A stretch of 64,000 nt of DNA from Selaginella moellendorffii (GCF_000143415.4 NW_003314326.1:1-64000), one strand, 5' to 3'; positions 39,305 through 51,493 are shown, counted from the first letter of the stretch. The notes: a model not told the origin generated them from the sequence alone. A program made the numbers and translations.

Positions 39305-39735
39305 GATGGCATGTATTTATTTAAAAATGTAACTTATTATGGCATGGGGTTCCATGCCATTGTATTAATATTAAAAGACAATTCTTTGAGAGGATTTGCA
39401 TTATACTAGAAGTGTTACAGCATGTTATTGGAAGTCTACGAAGTTGTTTTATTAATAAGGGGAAAGTAAAGATTGAATGGGGACTTGGGCTCCACCTAGA
39501 CTCGGAGCAACTGAGCCAATATTAAAAGGATGGAAAGAAATTAGACGACGATGACAAGGAGAAGAGAGAGGTGAAGCAGTGAGAAGTGATTGAGTAGACA
39601 TTTCCTTGTTTAAAATAAAATGGCATGTGCCTCAATGCAGTTGAATTTTGTTATATTTATATACTATATAAAGGTTTGGAAACCTTATTTTACAAGTGGG
39701 ATAATGACAATTCCCACTTTAACGAAATAGAGCTT

Positions 39736-42072
39736 CTAAGGGAACACAAACTGTATGCTAAAGAGAGCAAATGTGACTTTGCTCAACAAGAGGTAAAGTT
39801 TCTCGGGCATGTGGTGGGCCAGGACGGGCTCAAGGTGGACCCGGAGAAGGTCCAAGCGATCCAGGAATGGGAACGACCATCGAATGTACATGAGTTGAGG
39901 GCGTTCCTGGGGCTATGCAACTACTATCGAAAGTTTATCAGACACTATTCGAGAGTAGCCCTGCCCTTAACGGACCAAACAGGAAAAGGGAAGATGGTAT
40001 GGACAGCGGAATGCGAGGCGGCATTCGTCCACCTCAAAGGGAAGTTGAGGAAGGCTCCGGTGTTGGCATTACCAGACTTTGGTAAGGACTTTGAGGTAGA
40101 CACGGATGCTTCGGACTTTGCGTTGGGCGCAGTTTTGAAGCAAGACAACCATCCAGTAGCGTTCTTCTCGAAGAAGCTGGACAAGGCTCAACGGAAGTGG
40201 CCTGCCCACGAGAAGGAATTGTTTGCGGTGGTCAAGGCGCTCAAGGAGTGGCGACACTACCTTGGGAGACACTTTAAGGTTTACACGGACAATGTGGCAA
40301 CGAAACACTTCTTGTCACAGCCCGACCTAAGGGGAAAACAAGGTCGGTGGGCCAATGCTTTGGCCGAGTTTGATTGCGAGATCCTGTACAAGCCTGGGAA
40401 GAGCAACATCGTGGCAGATGCGCTAAGTCGAAAAGCGAGCTTGAAGTTGGCGATATCTAGCGCGACAGCAACCTTTTGGGACGATGTGCGGACCGCATAC
40501 GAGAGTGATGGTCTAGCACAAGAAGTGTTGCTGAGGAATCTGGAGGCGCGGGAAGCTCACCAGAGAGGTGAGCTGCCAACGGAAGAGAAAACGGGCTATG
40601 CGGAACGCAACGGACTCATATATTACAAGCAAACGAGGGTGTATGTTCCAGAAGGGGAACTAAGGAAGGTAGCCTTGGAAGAGTGTCATGACGGACCTCT
40701 CACGGGACACGGCGGAGTGCCCAAGACGATGGGCTTACTCAAAAGGAAGTATCACTGGCCAGATATGGCTAAGGACGTCCAAGACTATGTAAAGACATGT
40801 CCAACATGTCAGCAGGTCAAAGCCGTGACGAAGGCTAGTGGGGGCTTGTTGCAAAGCATCCCCATTCCAGATCGTCCGTGGAAATGTCTCACGATGGACT
40901 TCATCACGGGACTACCCCCAAGCGAGGGGTTCGATGCGATATTCGTGGTGGTGGACCGATTTTCAAAGATGGCACATTTCATACCCACCACAACGGATGT
41001 GGATGCGGAAGGTGTGGCAAAGCTGTTCTTCGAACAAGTGGTTCGAGTGCGGGGAAGGCCGGAAGAGATTATCTCAGATCGAGATAAGATCTTCACCAGT
41101 AGGTTCTGGAGGACACTCCTAGAATAGTATCGCACCAAGTTGAAATTCAGCACGGCCTATCACCCACAGACAGGTAATGGGTATTGAGTCAAGATTGATG
41201 GCACTAACACTTCTTGACAGACGGACAAACGGAAAGGGTGAATAGGCAGCTGGAGGATTATTTGCGATGCTATGTCTCGGGAGACCAGACCGACTGGGTA
41301 AGTCATTTGGGACTTGCAGAAATGTGTTATAACAACTCACCACATTCGAGCATCGGGGTGAGTCCATGGGAAGTCATCAATGGGCGAGCTATTGAAGGTC
41401 CTGTGGAACTCGGCGTGGCCGAGTATCATGGAGAGTTACCCGCAGTGGAGGCATTCACGGCGGAAAGACTCAACATTTGGAATCTAGTGAGGGATTCCTT
41501 GGAACGGGCTCAACAAAGGCAAACTAAGTACGCGAACCAAAAGCGTCGAGATGTGGAGTTCCAAGCTGGGGAGAAGGTGTGGCTGAACACCAAGAACCTC
41601 AGGCTACCAAGTGGGATCAGCCGGAAGTTGACCCAAAGGTAAAAATGCATGTATTCCTGTAAATGAATTGATCTTGAGTTCCTTAAGCAGGTTCGCGGGG
41701 CCTTACGAGATTGAGGCTCGAATCGGTAAAGTGGCTTACCGTCTCCGACTTCCTCGAGAGATGGGGAAGATGCATCCCGTGTTCCACGTGAACTTACTCA
41801 AGCCGTATTTTGAGGACCCGCTTCGCAAGGACCAAGTAAGACCTTTACCTGAGGTTATCCAAGGGGAGGAGGAATACGAAGTCGAGGCCATCCTCAATGC
41901 GCGCAAGAGCAAGCGACAAGGACGCGAGGTGAGAGAGTTCCATGTGAAGTGGAAAGGATTTCCACACTGCGAAGCAACATGGGAACCGGAGGAGAACCTA
42001 GCGAACGCGCGAGATCTAGTGGAGGAATTTCTGCATGGCAGAACTCTATGTACTTATGCAAAGTTCAATTAA
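39736..42072 (+). CDS. pol 3' part: RT end, RNase H, integrase with two introns (41174-41220, 41639-41690), chromodomain; in-frame TAG at 41125-41127
   Basis: [16 protein letters not shown]...CPTC, MDFITGLP, ISDRD. Splicing restores HPQTDGQTER and KLTQRFAGPY. Chromodomain YEVEAIL..VKWKGF..TWEPEENL. Confidence 0.93.
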
Positions 42073-43626
42073 AAATATATCAATTTGCAAAGTTGAGCAA
42101 GTGGCATATGTTGGGACCCGAAGGCGCGCCGAAGGTGAGCTAATTAGCATGGGTTAGCTAGGTCGACCAGGCGTAGGGAGCTACGCCCGACTCCCTGCGG
42201 GGATGTCGAATCCGTAGACGTATTCTACGGAGGTTGGGTTTGAGTCCCAACCCCCTAGTAAAGCAAGGCTGGGTTCAAGTCCCGACCCCATACTAGGGCG
42301 TGGTGAGGGGTGGAGTATAGGGACACCTATATTCCGTTGTCATGAGCTCTTGGCCGGGGAGGCTAACTTAGGCACACCGCTAAGTGGGGGGATGCCCCCG
42401 GAGACATGGTCAACAAGTCGTAGGATAAAAAAGAGACGTTCGATGTGGGCATCGAACTTCTTCTATGGGTGGTGGAGTTGTAAGGAACCAACTCGCCGAG
42501 GTGTCGTAGGCTAAGGGAACCCCGAAAGCATGACCAAAATGACAAAGAGTTCATCGGATGGGACCAAGTCAAAGATCGAGTCCAAGACCGACTCTAGGAC
42601 CGAGTTCGAGATAGAGTCCGGAATCGAGTCCAAGACCGACTCGGGGACCGAGTTCGAGTCCGAGTTCGAGACCGAGTTCGAGACGGAGTCCGAGATCCGA
42701 AATCGGGTCCGAGACCGAGTCCGAAGTCGAGTCCGAGGTCGGGCCCGAGATCGGGTCCGAGATCGAGTCCGCGATCGAGTCCGAGACCGAATCCGAAGTC
42801 GGATCCGAAATCGGATCCGAGATCGAGCCAGAGACTAAGTCCAAATACTAATACGGGTCAAGGGGTGAAAGCCCAAAGCATGCGTCCCCCAGGGGGGGGG
42901 GGCTGCAGGGGGTTCCAAAAGTATAGTAGGGATAGTGAGGTCCAGGAACCAGTTTAGAAGGGACTCTCCAGTGGGGCTCCCAAACTGACTTGAGGTTGGG
43001 ACTGGGACTGAGGGGCCTTGGGTGGGAGTGAGCATGGACTTGGTTGGTGCCGGGGTGGCCATCCAAGGAAGTGCTCAAGAGCAGCTCCCACTCCCGAAAG
43101 GGAAACCGATTGCGGTGCTCCCGGCTCATGTGGAGTGGTGCCCCACTTGAGTACCATGCGGCTCATTGGTCCTCGCCCTTCCTAGGGGCTTGGGCCTTCC
43201 TTCGGGATGGAAGTGGGGGGCGAGAGGTACCCATGCCGGGCCGTTAGGCCACGGTGTTTCGCCCCGGCGTCCCGAAGCAAGTGTTGCACTCAAGACTTGG
43301 GATTTAGAGGGTCCCATGATCAAGTCTTGTGGTACCAAGGGATGTTAGGAACCTGGAAGCTTGGTGTGCTTGGCTGCTTGTGCTTGCGGGGAGTGTAGCC
43401 GAACCTTAAGTCCAGTCTAACCCGGGGAAGGGGATTGGGAGTGATTTGGGAATCCGTGGAAGGATGGCTAACGCTCCATTGCTCGTGTAGTGAGTAGCTG
43501 AAACCAAGTAGGAGCTGGTACCATAGGCGATAACCTTGGCAAGGGAACTTAGCAAGAGCCAAGGCAGTGTTGGACGAATAGACGAGGTAAGCTGGCAAAT
43601 TGGAAAGGAAAAATTTGTGGCTTACA

Positions 43627-46600
43627 GGTAGCTTGGTGAAGTGTTCAAGAGCTGGCTCTAGTTCCCCCGGGAGATCGACTAGCCGATGCTTCCAATCCAA
43701 GTGTGGGTGGCACTACCTACTTGGATACATAGTGTGGCTCAACGGAACCTCGCTCTAAGCCCACGGCTAAAGCACCCAAAGGCGAAAGGCAGGGAGAGTA
43801 TCCACGAGGCTCGCATAAGGCCACGGTGTTCCAAAATGTTGCCCCAAAATCCCAGATTGTGGAAAGGAAGGGGAGTAGCCCTCTGGTATGGCAACCAAGG
43901 ACATAGTCACATAGTGACGAAGTCCCAGAGGACAGTGGGACTTAGTGGCCAGGCCTGTGGGCTTTGATCCAATGGCAGTGTTGGCGAACAAGGCTATGGA
44001 CAAAAAGGGACTTGGTGGGGACTGAAAAAGGGGTATTGGGGAAGGCTAATCCGTATATCAAGCATGACCAAAATGATAAAGAGTTCATCGGATGGGACTA
44101 ACTCTAAGACCGAGTTCGAGATAGAGTCCGGAATCGAGTCCGAGATCGACTCGGAGACCGAGTTCGAGACCGAGTTCGAGATGGAGTCCGAGATCCGAAA
44201 TTGGGTCCGAGACCGAGTCCGAGGTCGAGTCCGAGGTCGGGTCCGAGATCGGGTCCGAGATCGAGTCCGAGATCGGATCTGAGACTGAATCCGAAGTCGG
44301 ATCCGAGATTGAGTCCGAGATCGAGCCAGAGACTAAGTCCGAGTACTAATACGGGTCAAAGGGTGAAAGCCCAAAGCGTGCGTCTCCCAGGGGGGGGGGC
44401 GCAGGGGGTTCGAAAAGTATAGTAGGGATAGTGAGGTCTAGGAACCAGTTTTGAAGCAACTCTCTAGTGGGGCTTCCAAACTAACTTGAGGTTGGGACTA
44501 GGACCGAGGGGCCTTGGGTGGGAGTGAGCATGGACTTGGTTGGTGCTAGAGGGGCCATCCAAGGAAGTGCTCAAGAGCAACTCCCACTCCCGAAAAAGAA
44601 ACCGACTGCGGTGCTCCCGGCTCATGTGGAGTGGTGCCCCACTTGAGTACCATGTGGCTCATTGGTCCTCGCCCTTCCTAGGGGCTTGGACCTTCCCTTC
44701 GGGATGGAAGTGGGGGGGTAGAGGTACCCATACCGGGCCGTTAGGCCACGGTGTTTCGCCCCGACGTTCTGAAGCAAGTGTTGCACCCAAGGCTTGGGAT
44801 TTAGAGGGTCCCATAATCAAGTCTTATTGTACCAAGGGGTGTTAGGAATCTGGAGGCTTGGTGTGCTTGGCTGCTTGTGCCTGCGAGGAGTGTAGCCGAA
44901 CCTTAAGTCCAATCTAACCCGGGGAGGGGGATTGGGAGAGATTTGGGAATCTATAGATGGATGGCTAACACTCCATTGCTTGTGCAATGAGTAGCTGAAA
45001 CCAAGTAGGACCAAGTAGGAGCTGGTACAATAGGCGAGAACCTTGGCAAGGGAACTTAGCATAAGCCAAGGCAGTGTTGGTCGGATAAACAAGGTAAGCT
45101 AGCAAATTGGAAAGGAAAAATTTTGTGGCTTACAACAGGTTGATATGTTAATGGTACCTTAGGGTGTCGGTCATGGCATTGAACACATGGAGCACTTAGA
45201 CCAAGTGCAATGGTTGAGTGGCACGGATGCCAATTTTTGGGGGCTAGTAAGTCCCTAAGTCCAAAATAGGACGTATGGAGGTTGTGAGTGAGACTCCTCC
45301 AAGTGGTCGAAGGTGTGGTTAGGTGACTAAAGTAGAATGGAAAATTTAGTCGCTTACAATTTGGTATCGGAGCTGTTCCTTAGTCCGACTTTTATTGGTG
45401 CTCAAGTATATCACCACTGGAGCTGGCATTGAAAGGTCCTAGGAGTGGGCCTATCCTTGAGGAGTAGGTCGGGAAGACATGACTCTACACTACAGTTTAT
45501 GTGTGAACTTGTAGGCGAAGTGGTGGATAGAAAAATGCCAATAATGGAACGGTTTTGGGATCTTGGGAATAGTATAAAGTTATCCTTAGAGAGTTGAAGA
45601 TGTGATCCAAATGAGCGTTTGACTTAGCAAACTGGCTAATATAGTTGTGGTAAACAACTATAGTTGGGATCACGGGAAATATAGAGATTCCAAAGCAATA
45701 AAGGAGTCACAAAACTATCCTCATATAGTTGAGGTTAGTACTCATGAATGTGAGACCAGGATTAATGACTGTGGGAGGTTAAATATGGAAGAGGACACAA
45801 GTCCTTGGAATGGTAGCCGGGGCTACCTTTAATAGATGCTGGAACAACCCAAGGAATTGGGGGTGTACTTAGATCATGAGTTTGTATCCGCATCACATGG
45901 ACAAGTAGTCCTAAAGGGTAAAGGTTGCCCTCAGAGAACAAATTATAGTGTTGGAATAACACTTATAATGGTTGTTCTGGTGAGTAGGACATGAATACAA
46001 GAAGTTGTATTCCAATGAGCTGGCACGTCAAAAGTAAGATCTTATAGGTCAGGGGATTATGAAAAGTCCAAAAGGCTAAATGACTTAAGTGGAGTCAAGG
46101 AATGGTTCTAAAGGACTGATGGAAGCATTTGGATTGAGGTGTGTTGTGCTCCACGAAAGATAGGGAGGATCATAAGATCCAAGTATGAGAACGGTGGGTA
46201 GCTTATGGGTGGCAGAATGTGCCATACTAAAGTCATGGGAAAGGTGTTCCCAGAAGAAGCAACTTTGGTGCAGAGTTGTGTGCAAACACTATGGTGTAGT
46301 GCTAACGGATAGTTAGCACAAGAAACGACCAGGTTGGTCTTGGCAAAGACTTAGACACAAGTGCAAAGTGTTATAAAGGCAGACTCATGGAGCCGATGGT
46401 GTGGAGACACCAAATGGGCCAAGGTGTGATACCTTGAGATTACGTTGATAGGTTTATGAGAACCCCTTGCCAAGAGAATCCCAATGGAAATGGGAATAGC
46501 ATAGTTTAAACTAGAAGGCATGTGGTAGAGTGTGGTGACCCAGATAATGATGAAGGTGTGGAAGCACCAGTAATGAGTTGTAGGACTTGACAACTATGAG

Positions 46601-49290
46601 ACAACTAAGCAAGAAGTGCAGGTAATTGGTTAAATGGGTAGAAGGTAGCTATCCAAGACTTTTTAATAGCATAAAGAAGTTAAATATACCTTTATCAGGG
46701 ATAAATTGCTTATGTTGCGATATAGTAAGTTAATGTCATAAAAGGAAATGCTCATTGCCAAGGACGCCATCATTGGGACACACAGACACTTTAGAACACC
46801 AAGAGGTGGTGTTTAGTGTTGCAAGGGTAATAGATAAGGCCCAAAGGACAAAGTCCTTAGTGAATGATGGATAAAAGGTGCTATCAAAACGTCCAAAGTT
46901 GCAAAGACGAGGGAAACCTCTCTACTTGAATTGGACAAAGCCAAAAAAGGATTTTAGTAAAGGCTAATAAAGGCCCCTGAGTAGCAATGTTAATCCTAGT
47001 GTTTGGGATTACAAGGTGAACATACCCGGATGGAGGAACCACTCCTGAAGCTATCAGGTAGGTTCATCCTTACGAATACTTGCTAAGGCATGGTAGAAAG
47101 TGCAAAGCTATCCTCCTAGTCCGGAGGAGAATAATTGAAGGAAATATATGAGGCCAAAAAGCAAAGTAGTAAATAGATGGAACCGAACCATAGGAATCGA
47201 AGGGTATAACCAATGGTGGTTATGCGAGTTGGGAGTAGAGAATCAAGTGGGTGCTCAAGCGGGTTATTATTAATGACCGTGATGCCATGGAGAGTCTAAA
47301 ATGTGGAATTATCCATATTAGACCATATGGTGGGTAGGGAGTTTGCAAAGGAGAAGCCTTAGCAAGCTAAGGAACAAAGTTCCTTGAAGGTTCCCAAAGA
47401 CAATTCTAAGTAAATAAGTACCTAGAAAGCCAAGTGTAAATGGTTCTTAAAGTGCGTGAAATCAGAGTGGCACAACAGAAGTGTCATCTTGAAGCTGGCC
47501 ATGAGGCGAGGCTATCAAGGTTGGGGAAGTAAGCGTGAAAGTCCTTAACCATCGACTTTTGTTCAAAGCCCTCTCTTTGAACACTCGGGAACTGCATGAA
47601 CCATGTTACAGTGGCCGGATGACTTGCTAAGTGAGATTGGCAAGTCAGAGGAACAAATCCCCTAGTCGAAGGTGCTAACTTCAAAAGGGGTGGCCCATAG
47701 GGCCGAGCATGGAGGAGTCCATGCATGATTACAGATTTGTCAAATGAGAGGACTTGGCAGCCCGGAGGAACTAGGTTCCTAAGTTGTGATCTATAACACG
47801 CTTTAAGTATAAATTGGTGCACTGGCGTGGGGAGTCACACCAGGCATCCTAGACAATGCCGTCCGTAGATGCATATACGGAGGTTGGGTTCGAGTCCTGA
47901 CCCTTTAGTGCTTGGGTTCAAGTCCCAAATCACTAGGGCGTGGTGATGGTTTGGAATATGAGGACACTCATTTTTCGGTGGTCATGGACTCTCAGTGAGG
48001 AAATTGATTTGGGCACACCGCCAAGCGAGGGATGCCTCGGAGTCGTGATGCACGGTTAGATTGCTTAGTGTGGCTCAGCATATCTAACTTGAACACCTTG
48101 GTGTGAAGGACACCAAGGACGTGGTGAATGAGATGGGAACATCTAGTCTTAATTGCTATGGACCCTTGGCCGGAAGGGCTAGTTTGGGTGCACTGCCAAG
48201 TGTGGGGGATGCCCCCGGGGTCATGGTGAACAACTTAAAGGTCTAAAGGACTTAGTACGTATTGGCAAACTTGTTAAGGTGCCAAGGTTAGATCACTATA
48301 TATGATCTTATGGCTAAAACAAGGACAAAGTCCTTGTGAGGTTAAAGGATAAAATTCCTAGTTCAAAGTGTTGGTTTGAATTATTGATGATGGTGTGGCT
48401 TGGTTAAGGTGACCAAGTGGGAAGAACACCTAAAAGAAATGATTTGTGACTATGCGATGGCATAGTGAGTCCGAAGAAAGTAATCTCTATAAGAGACCCA
48501 TGGGAGGGTCACAAAGTTGGGCCAAGGATAGAGCCCACAGTAGAAAATCCTAAAGAGACGTACTAGGGGTGAACACCCTCTGGACTTGGCAAAGCAAAAT
48601 CTTTGCTATGGAACTGAAAGGATATCTTGAGAATGGAGGTAGTGATCCGATATTGCTGGGTGCAACAATCAAGGATAGGAGCAAAAGACTAGTGGCTAAG
48701 AAAAGAGCCATGGGAATCATAGGAAAGAATCCAAAATGCAAAGTTAGGCCAAGAACACTAATGTGTTGAGTGCTAACGAATTGTGGGAAAGGCAATGTGT
48801 TTCCAAGGATGGATTCCCAATTGCTCCGATTCAGCAAAAGTGGAAGCTCCAAGGCAGGGAGCGGTAAAGTAGTCAAATGATAGGGCCATGGGCAGCCCTA
48901 GCACAAATTATGATAACTGAAACTTAGCGCCAAAGGTGGCACGATATCGAAGAGAGGATGATAGTGCCCTCAAGTAAAGAACTTTCTAGGATGGGGAAGT
49001 GGAGTTGCACTATATGCACCGTAAGGTGTCGGAGACACCTAGGAAATTAACTCTAAGAAGTCAAAATTAAAAGTTCCAAAGTGCAAAGGTTATATCGATG
49101 GAATCTGAGACTACTCGAGGATGAGTAGTGGAATTGAGTTAGAGAAGGTGTCTCTAACGGGTTTAGCGAGAATTGAACTAATAAAAGGAAGCAAAACACC
49201 CCAAGTGGTTGAGTGGGTCTCTATATTGTCCCAGAAACTAACTCCTAGTACTATAGGAAGCTTGGGGTGAAAGCCCAAAGCGTGTGTCCC
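43627..49290 (+). mobile_element. Family-2 LARD-like element: remainder of LTR (to 45358), PBS at 45362, non-coding internal region
   Basis: LTR end CGCTTACA followed by ATTTGGTATCGGAGC; internal homology to 4184-8820; right boundary approximate. Confidence 0.82.
44061..45134 (+). repeat. 5'-truncated, diverged family-1 LTR inside the family-2 LTR
   Basis: Homologous to ~22724-23824; ends TGTGGCTTACA. Confidence 0.88.
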
Positions 49291-49393
49291 TCAAGCCTGT
49301 GTCCTGAGGAATCGTCTCAACGATTCCTATCCAACTTTTGTCAGATTTTCTGACTCAAGTTGCATATGCAGAGACTTTTCTAGTAGATCTGAA

Positions 49394-49823
49394 GTGACCT
49401 GTGTAGGATTAGTTCAATTGCACCATTCAGTAAGAACGTTGTATGCATGTTTAGTTACTGAGAGAGGCATGCATGCAGCTAGCAGGATGGTGAAGAGGAA
49501 CTGTGCTGATGACGCTGAAACCTCTAGACGGGTGAATCGAGAGGAGGAAACTCCTGCTAGAGATGCTGCGGAAAAGGCTGAGGCTGAGTCAGAAGAGAAA
49601 GAGCCGGATGCTGTGGCGCTACAGCGCATGGCTCAGGAAGTTGAGATCAAAAATTTGCAAAGGGAGATTCGCAAATTGAAGAAGGAGAATAAGAAGAAGA
49701 AGAAAGAAGCTGAGGCAGCTAAACCAGCTAAGCCTAAGCAACCGGACTCCTCTTCAAGTTCTGAGGACTTGTGCACAATCCTTTCTTACCGATCATGCCA
49801 AAACTTGGTGGTGCCAAGTGTGT
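49394..49823 (+). other. Charged coiled-coil ORF fragment, possibly the Gag N-terminus of another retroelement
   Basis: Compositional resemblance only to the Gag N-terminus at 23884; cut by the TIR at 49824. Confidence 0.3.
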
Positions 49824-51493
49824 AAGCTCTATTTCGTTAAAGTGGGAATTGTCATTATCCCACTTGTAAAATAAGGTTTCCAAACCTTTATATAGTATAT
49901 AAATATAACAAAATTCAACTGCATTGAGGCACATGCCATTTTATTTTAAACAAGGAAATGTCTACTCAATCACTTCTCTTCCCCCTGCCATTGCTTCACC
50001 TCTCTCTTCTCCTTGTCATCGTCGTCCAATTTCTTTCCATCCTTTTAATATTGGCTTAATTGCTCCGAGTCTAGGTGGAGCCCAAGTCCCCATTCAATCT
50101 TTACTTTCCCCTTATTAAAAAAACAACTTCGTAGACTTCCAATAACATGCTGTAACACTTCTAGTATAATGCAAATCCTCTCAAAGAATTGTCTTTTAAT
50201 ATTAATACAATGGCATGGAACCCCATGCCATAATAAGTTACATTTTTTAATAAATACATGCCATCCCAAACTTTTATTTTTTGCCTCCAACGCCTATACA
50301 ATAATCTTGGAATTTCATCACTCTCCACACTATCAGGATTTAAACCCAATAGTAATGCCATCTCTTCTCTAATACGTCCACGCTCATGTTCAGTGGTCGA
50401 AGAACCCATCCGGTTGAGCAGATTATGGAGATGCGGATAGTGCTTGGCTAGACAATATACATGCTATAAATGATGACTGGTGTCTGTCCGATCAAATGGC
50501 TTCTGATATACCGTTCCATCTGCCATTTGGTTGATTTCTGCAGCCACCTCCTGGACTGGCCGGTTCTCTAGCACCATCGCTCCAAGCCGTTTTGCAAGGT
50601 CCCCCAGAACATACGATTTCTTCTCCCTAGTTTCCATACTGCAAGAGATGGGGTGCACTGCATATGTGTGCGTGTTCCCTGTAGTTTTAATCGGCAAGTC
50701 ATCGATGATGAGGATTTCACTTGACCTAGCAGTCCGGTTCATCACTACAGCCTCTGGCTTGACAAAGATGGGCTTGCTACCCCTCACATGGACCATAGTC
50801 AAGCAATCCTCCTGCGTTAGGAGAAAGTCAAATGGTAATATTACTCGCGTCTGATCGTGCATCATCTGTAGCAACGTTAATGCATTGTGGCACATCATGG
50901 ATGTCCAAACTCCCAATTGCAAATTGAACCCGGCCCTCTGTTTTAAGTGTCGCATGGTCATTATTAGATCCCGCAGTTTCTCCTGTGTAATTAATGTGAA
51001 TCTGTCTCTTTTGACCAACTTGCGACCGCAGGCTTTGGAGGGTGCAGTGACATTCAAGGACGAGCCACGCTCATGGGAGAAAAGGACACCGTTCAGATCA
51101 AAAACAATACAGTACCTTCGCCGTGACTCTGAAATGAAATGCGTCAGCATAAAAAATGGTACAAGTCAATTTTACCATCTACAATATTAGCGAATGGTGC
51201 TCCCGATGGTCGTTGAGAGGGTTTTGGTCGTGGAAACGTGAAGGGCGGAAATACTCTCCTCTGCAATGTGGGGTCAATCGCATCCGATGGCGTGTGGGCA
51301 CATGCCATTTCAGCTGTAGACTCTGGTACAACTGGCTCAACAGTGGCATGGGGTGGTTCCGATGGCGTGTGATCACACGCCATTTCAGCTGGTGCCTCTG
51401 TTGGCAAAGTGGACATGACCGAACAGGCAGTAGGGGTGGTGTAGGGAGGTTCCAACGGCGCGTAGTCAGACGATTGGGCACACGTTGAGTCCG
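49824..51493 (-). mobile_element. Sola-like DNA transposon copy C: right end with the FCP1-like exon, inverted and truncated
   Basis: Perfect TIR at 49824-49847; reverse complement of ~38085-39735; premature stop at 50464. Confidence 0.93.

Larger units (their letters stand above)
26324..39735. mobile_element. 13.4-kb Sola-like TIR DNA transposon copy B (complete ends)
   Basis: Perfect 24-bp TIRs AAGCTCTATTTCGTTAAAGTGGGA at 26324-26347 and 39712-39735. 4-bp TSD CTAA at 26320-26323 and 39736-39739. The empty site GAGAAA-CTAA-GGGAAC is present at 63318-63333. The superfamily call rests on the DDD motifs plus the 4-bp TSD and is less certain than the boundaries. Confidence 0.95.
22677..43626 (+). 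mobile_element. Full-length Ty3/Gypsy chromovirus (family 1), interrupted by a DNA transposon
   Basis: LTRs 22677-23824 and 42479-43626 (1148 bp, TGTAAG...CTTACA, about 9 substitutions by eye); TSD GGTAG at 22672-22676 and 43627-43631; PBS TGGTATCGGAGC at 23828; PPT GGGTGGTGGAGT at 42467-42478. Confidence 0.97.

Noticed and set aside
26549-39641. Palindromic repeats as a CRISPR array
   Set aside because: Irregular spacing, location in introns and exons, no cas genes, eukaryotic context.
39625-39735. N-terminus MCLNAVEF... of the 500-aa pol ORF
   Set aside because: Chance in-frame read-in from the DNA transposon terminus.
41125-41127. Programmed stop-codon readthrough in integrase
   Set aside because: More simply a nonsense mutation in an already disrupted copy; no second copy in the window covers this site.
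42232-42283. tRNA genes
   Set aside because: Only T-arm-like hairpins; no full cloverleaf is evident.
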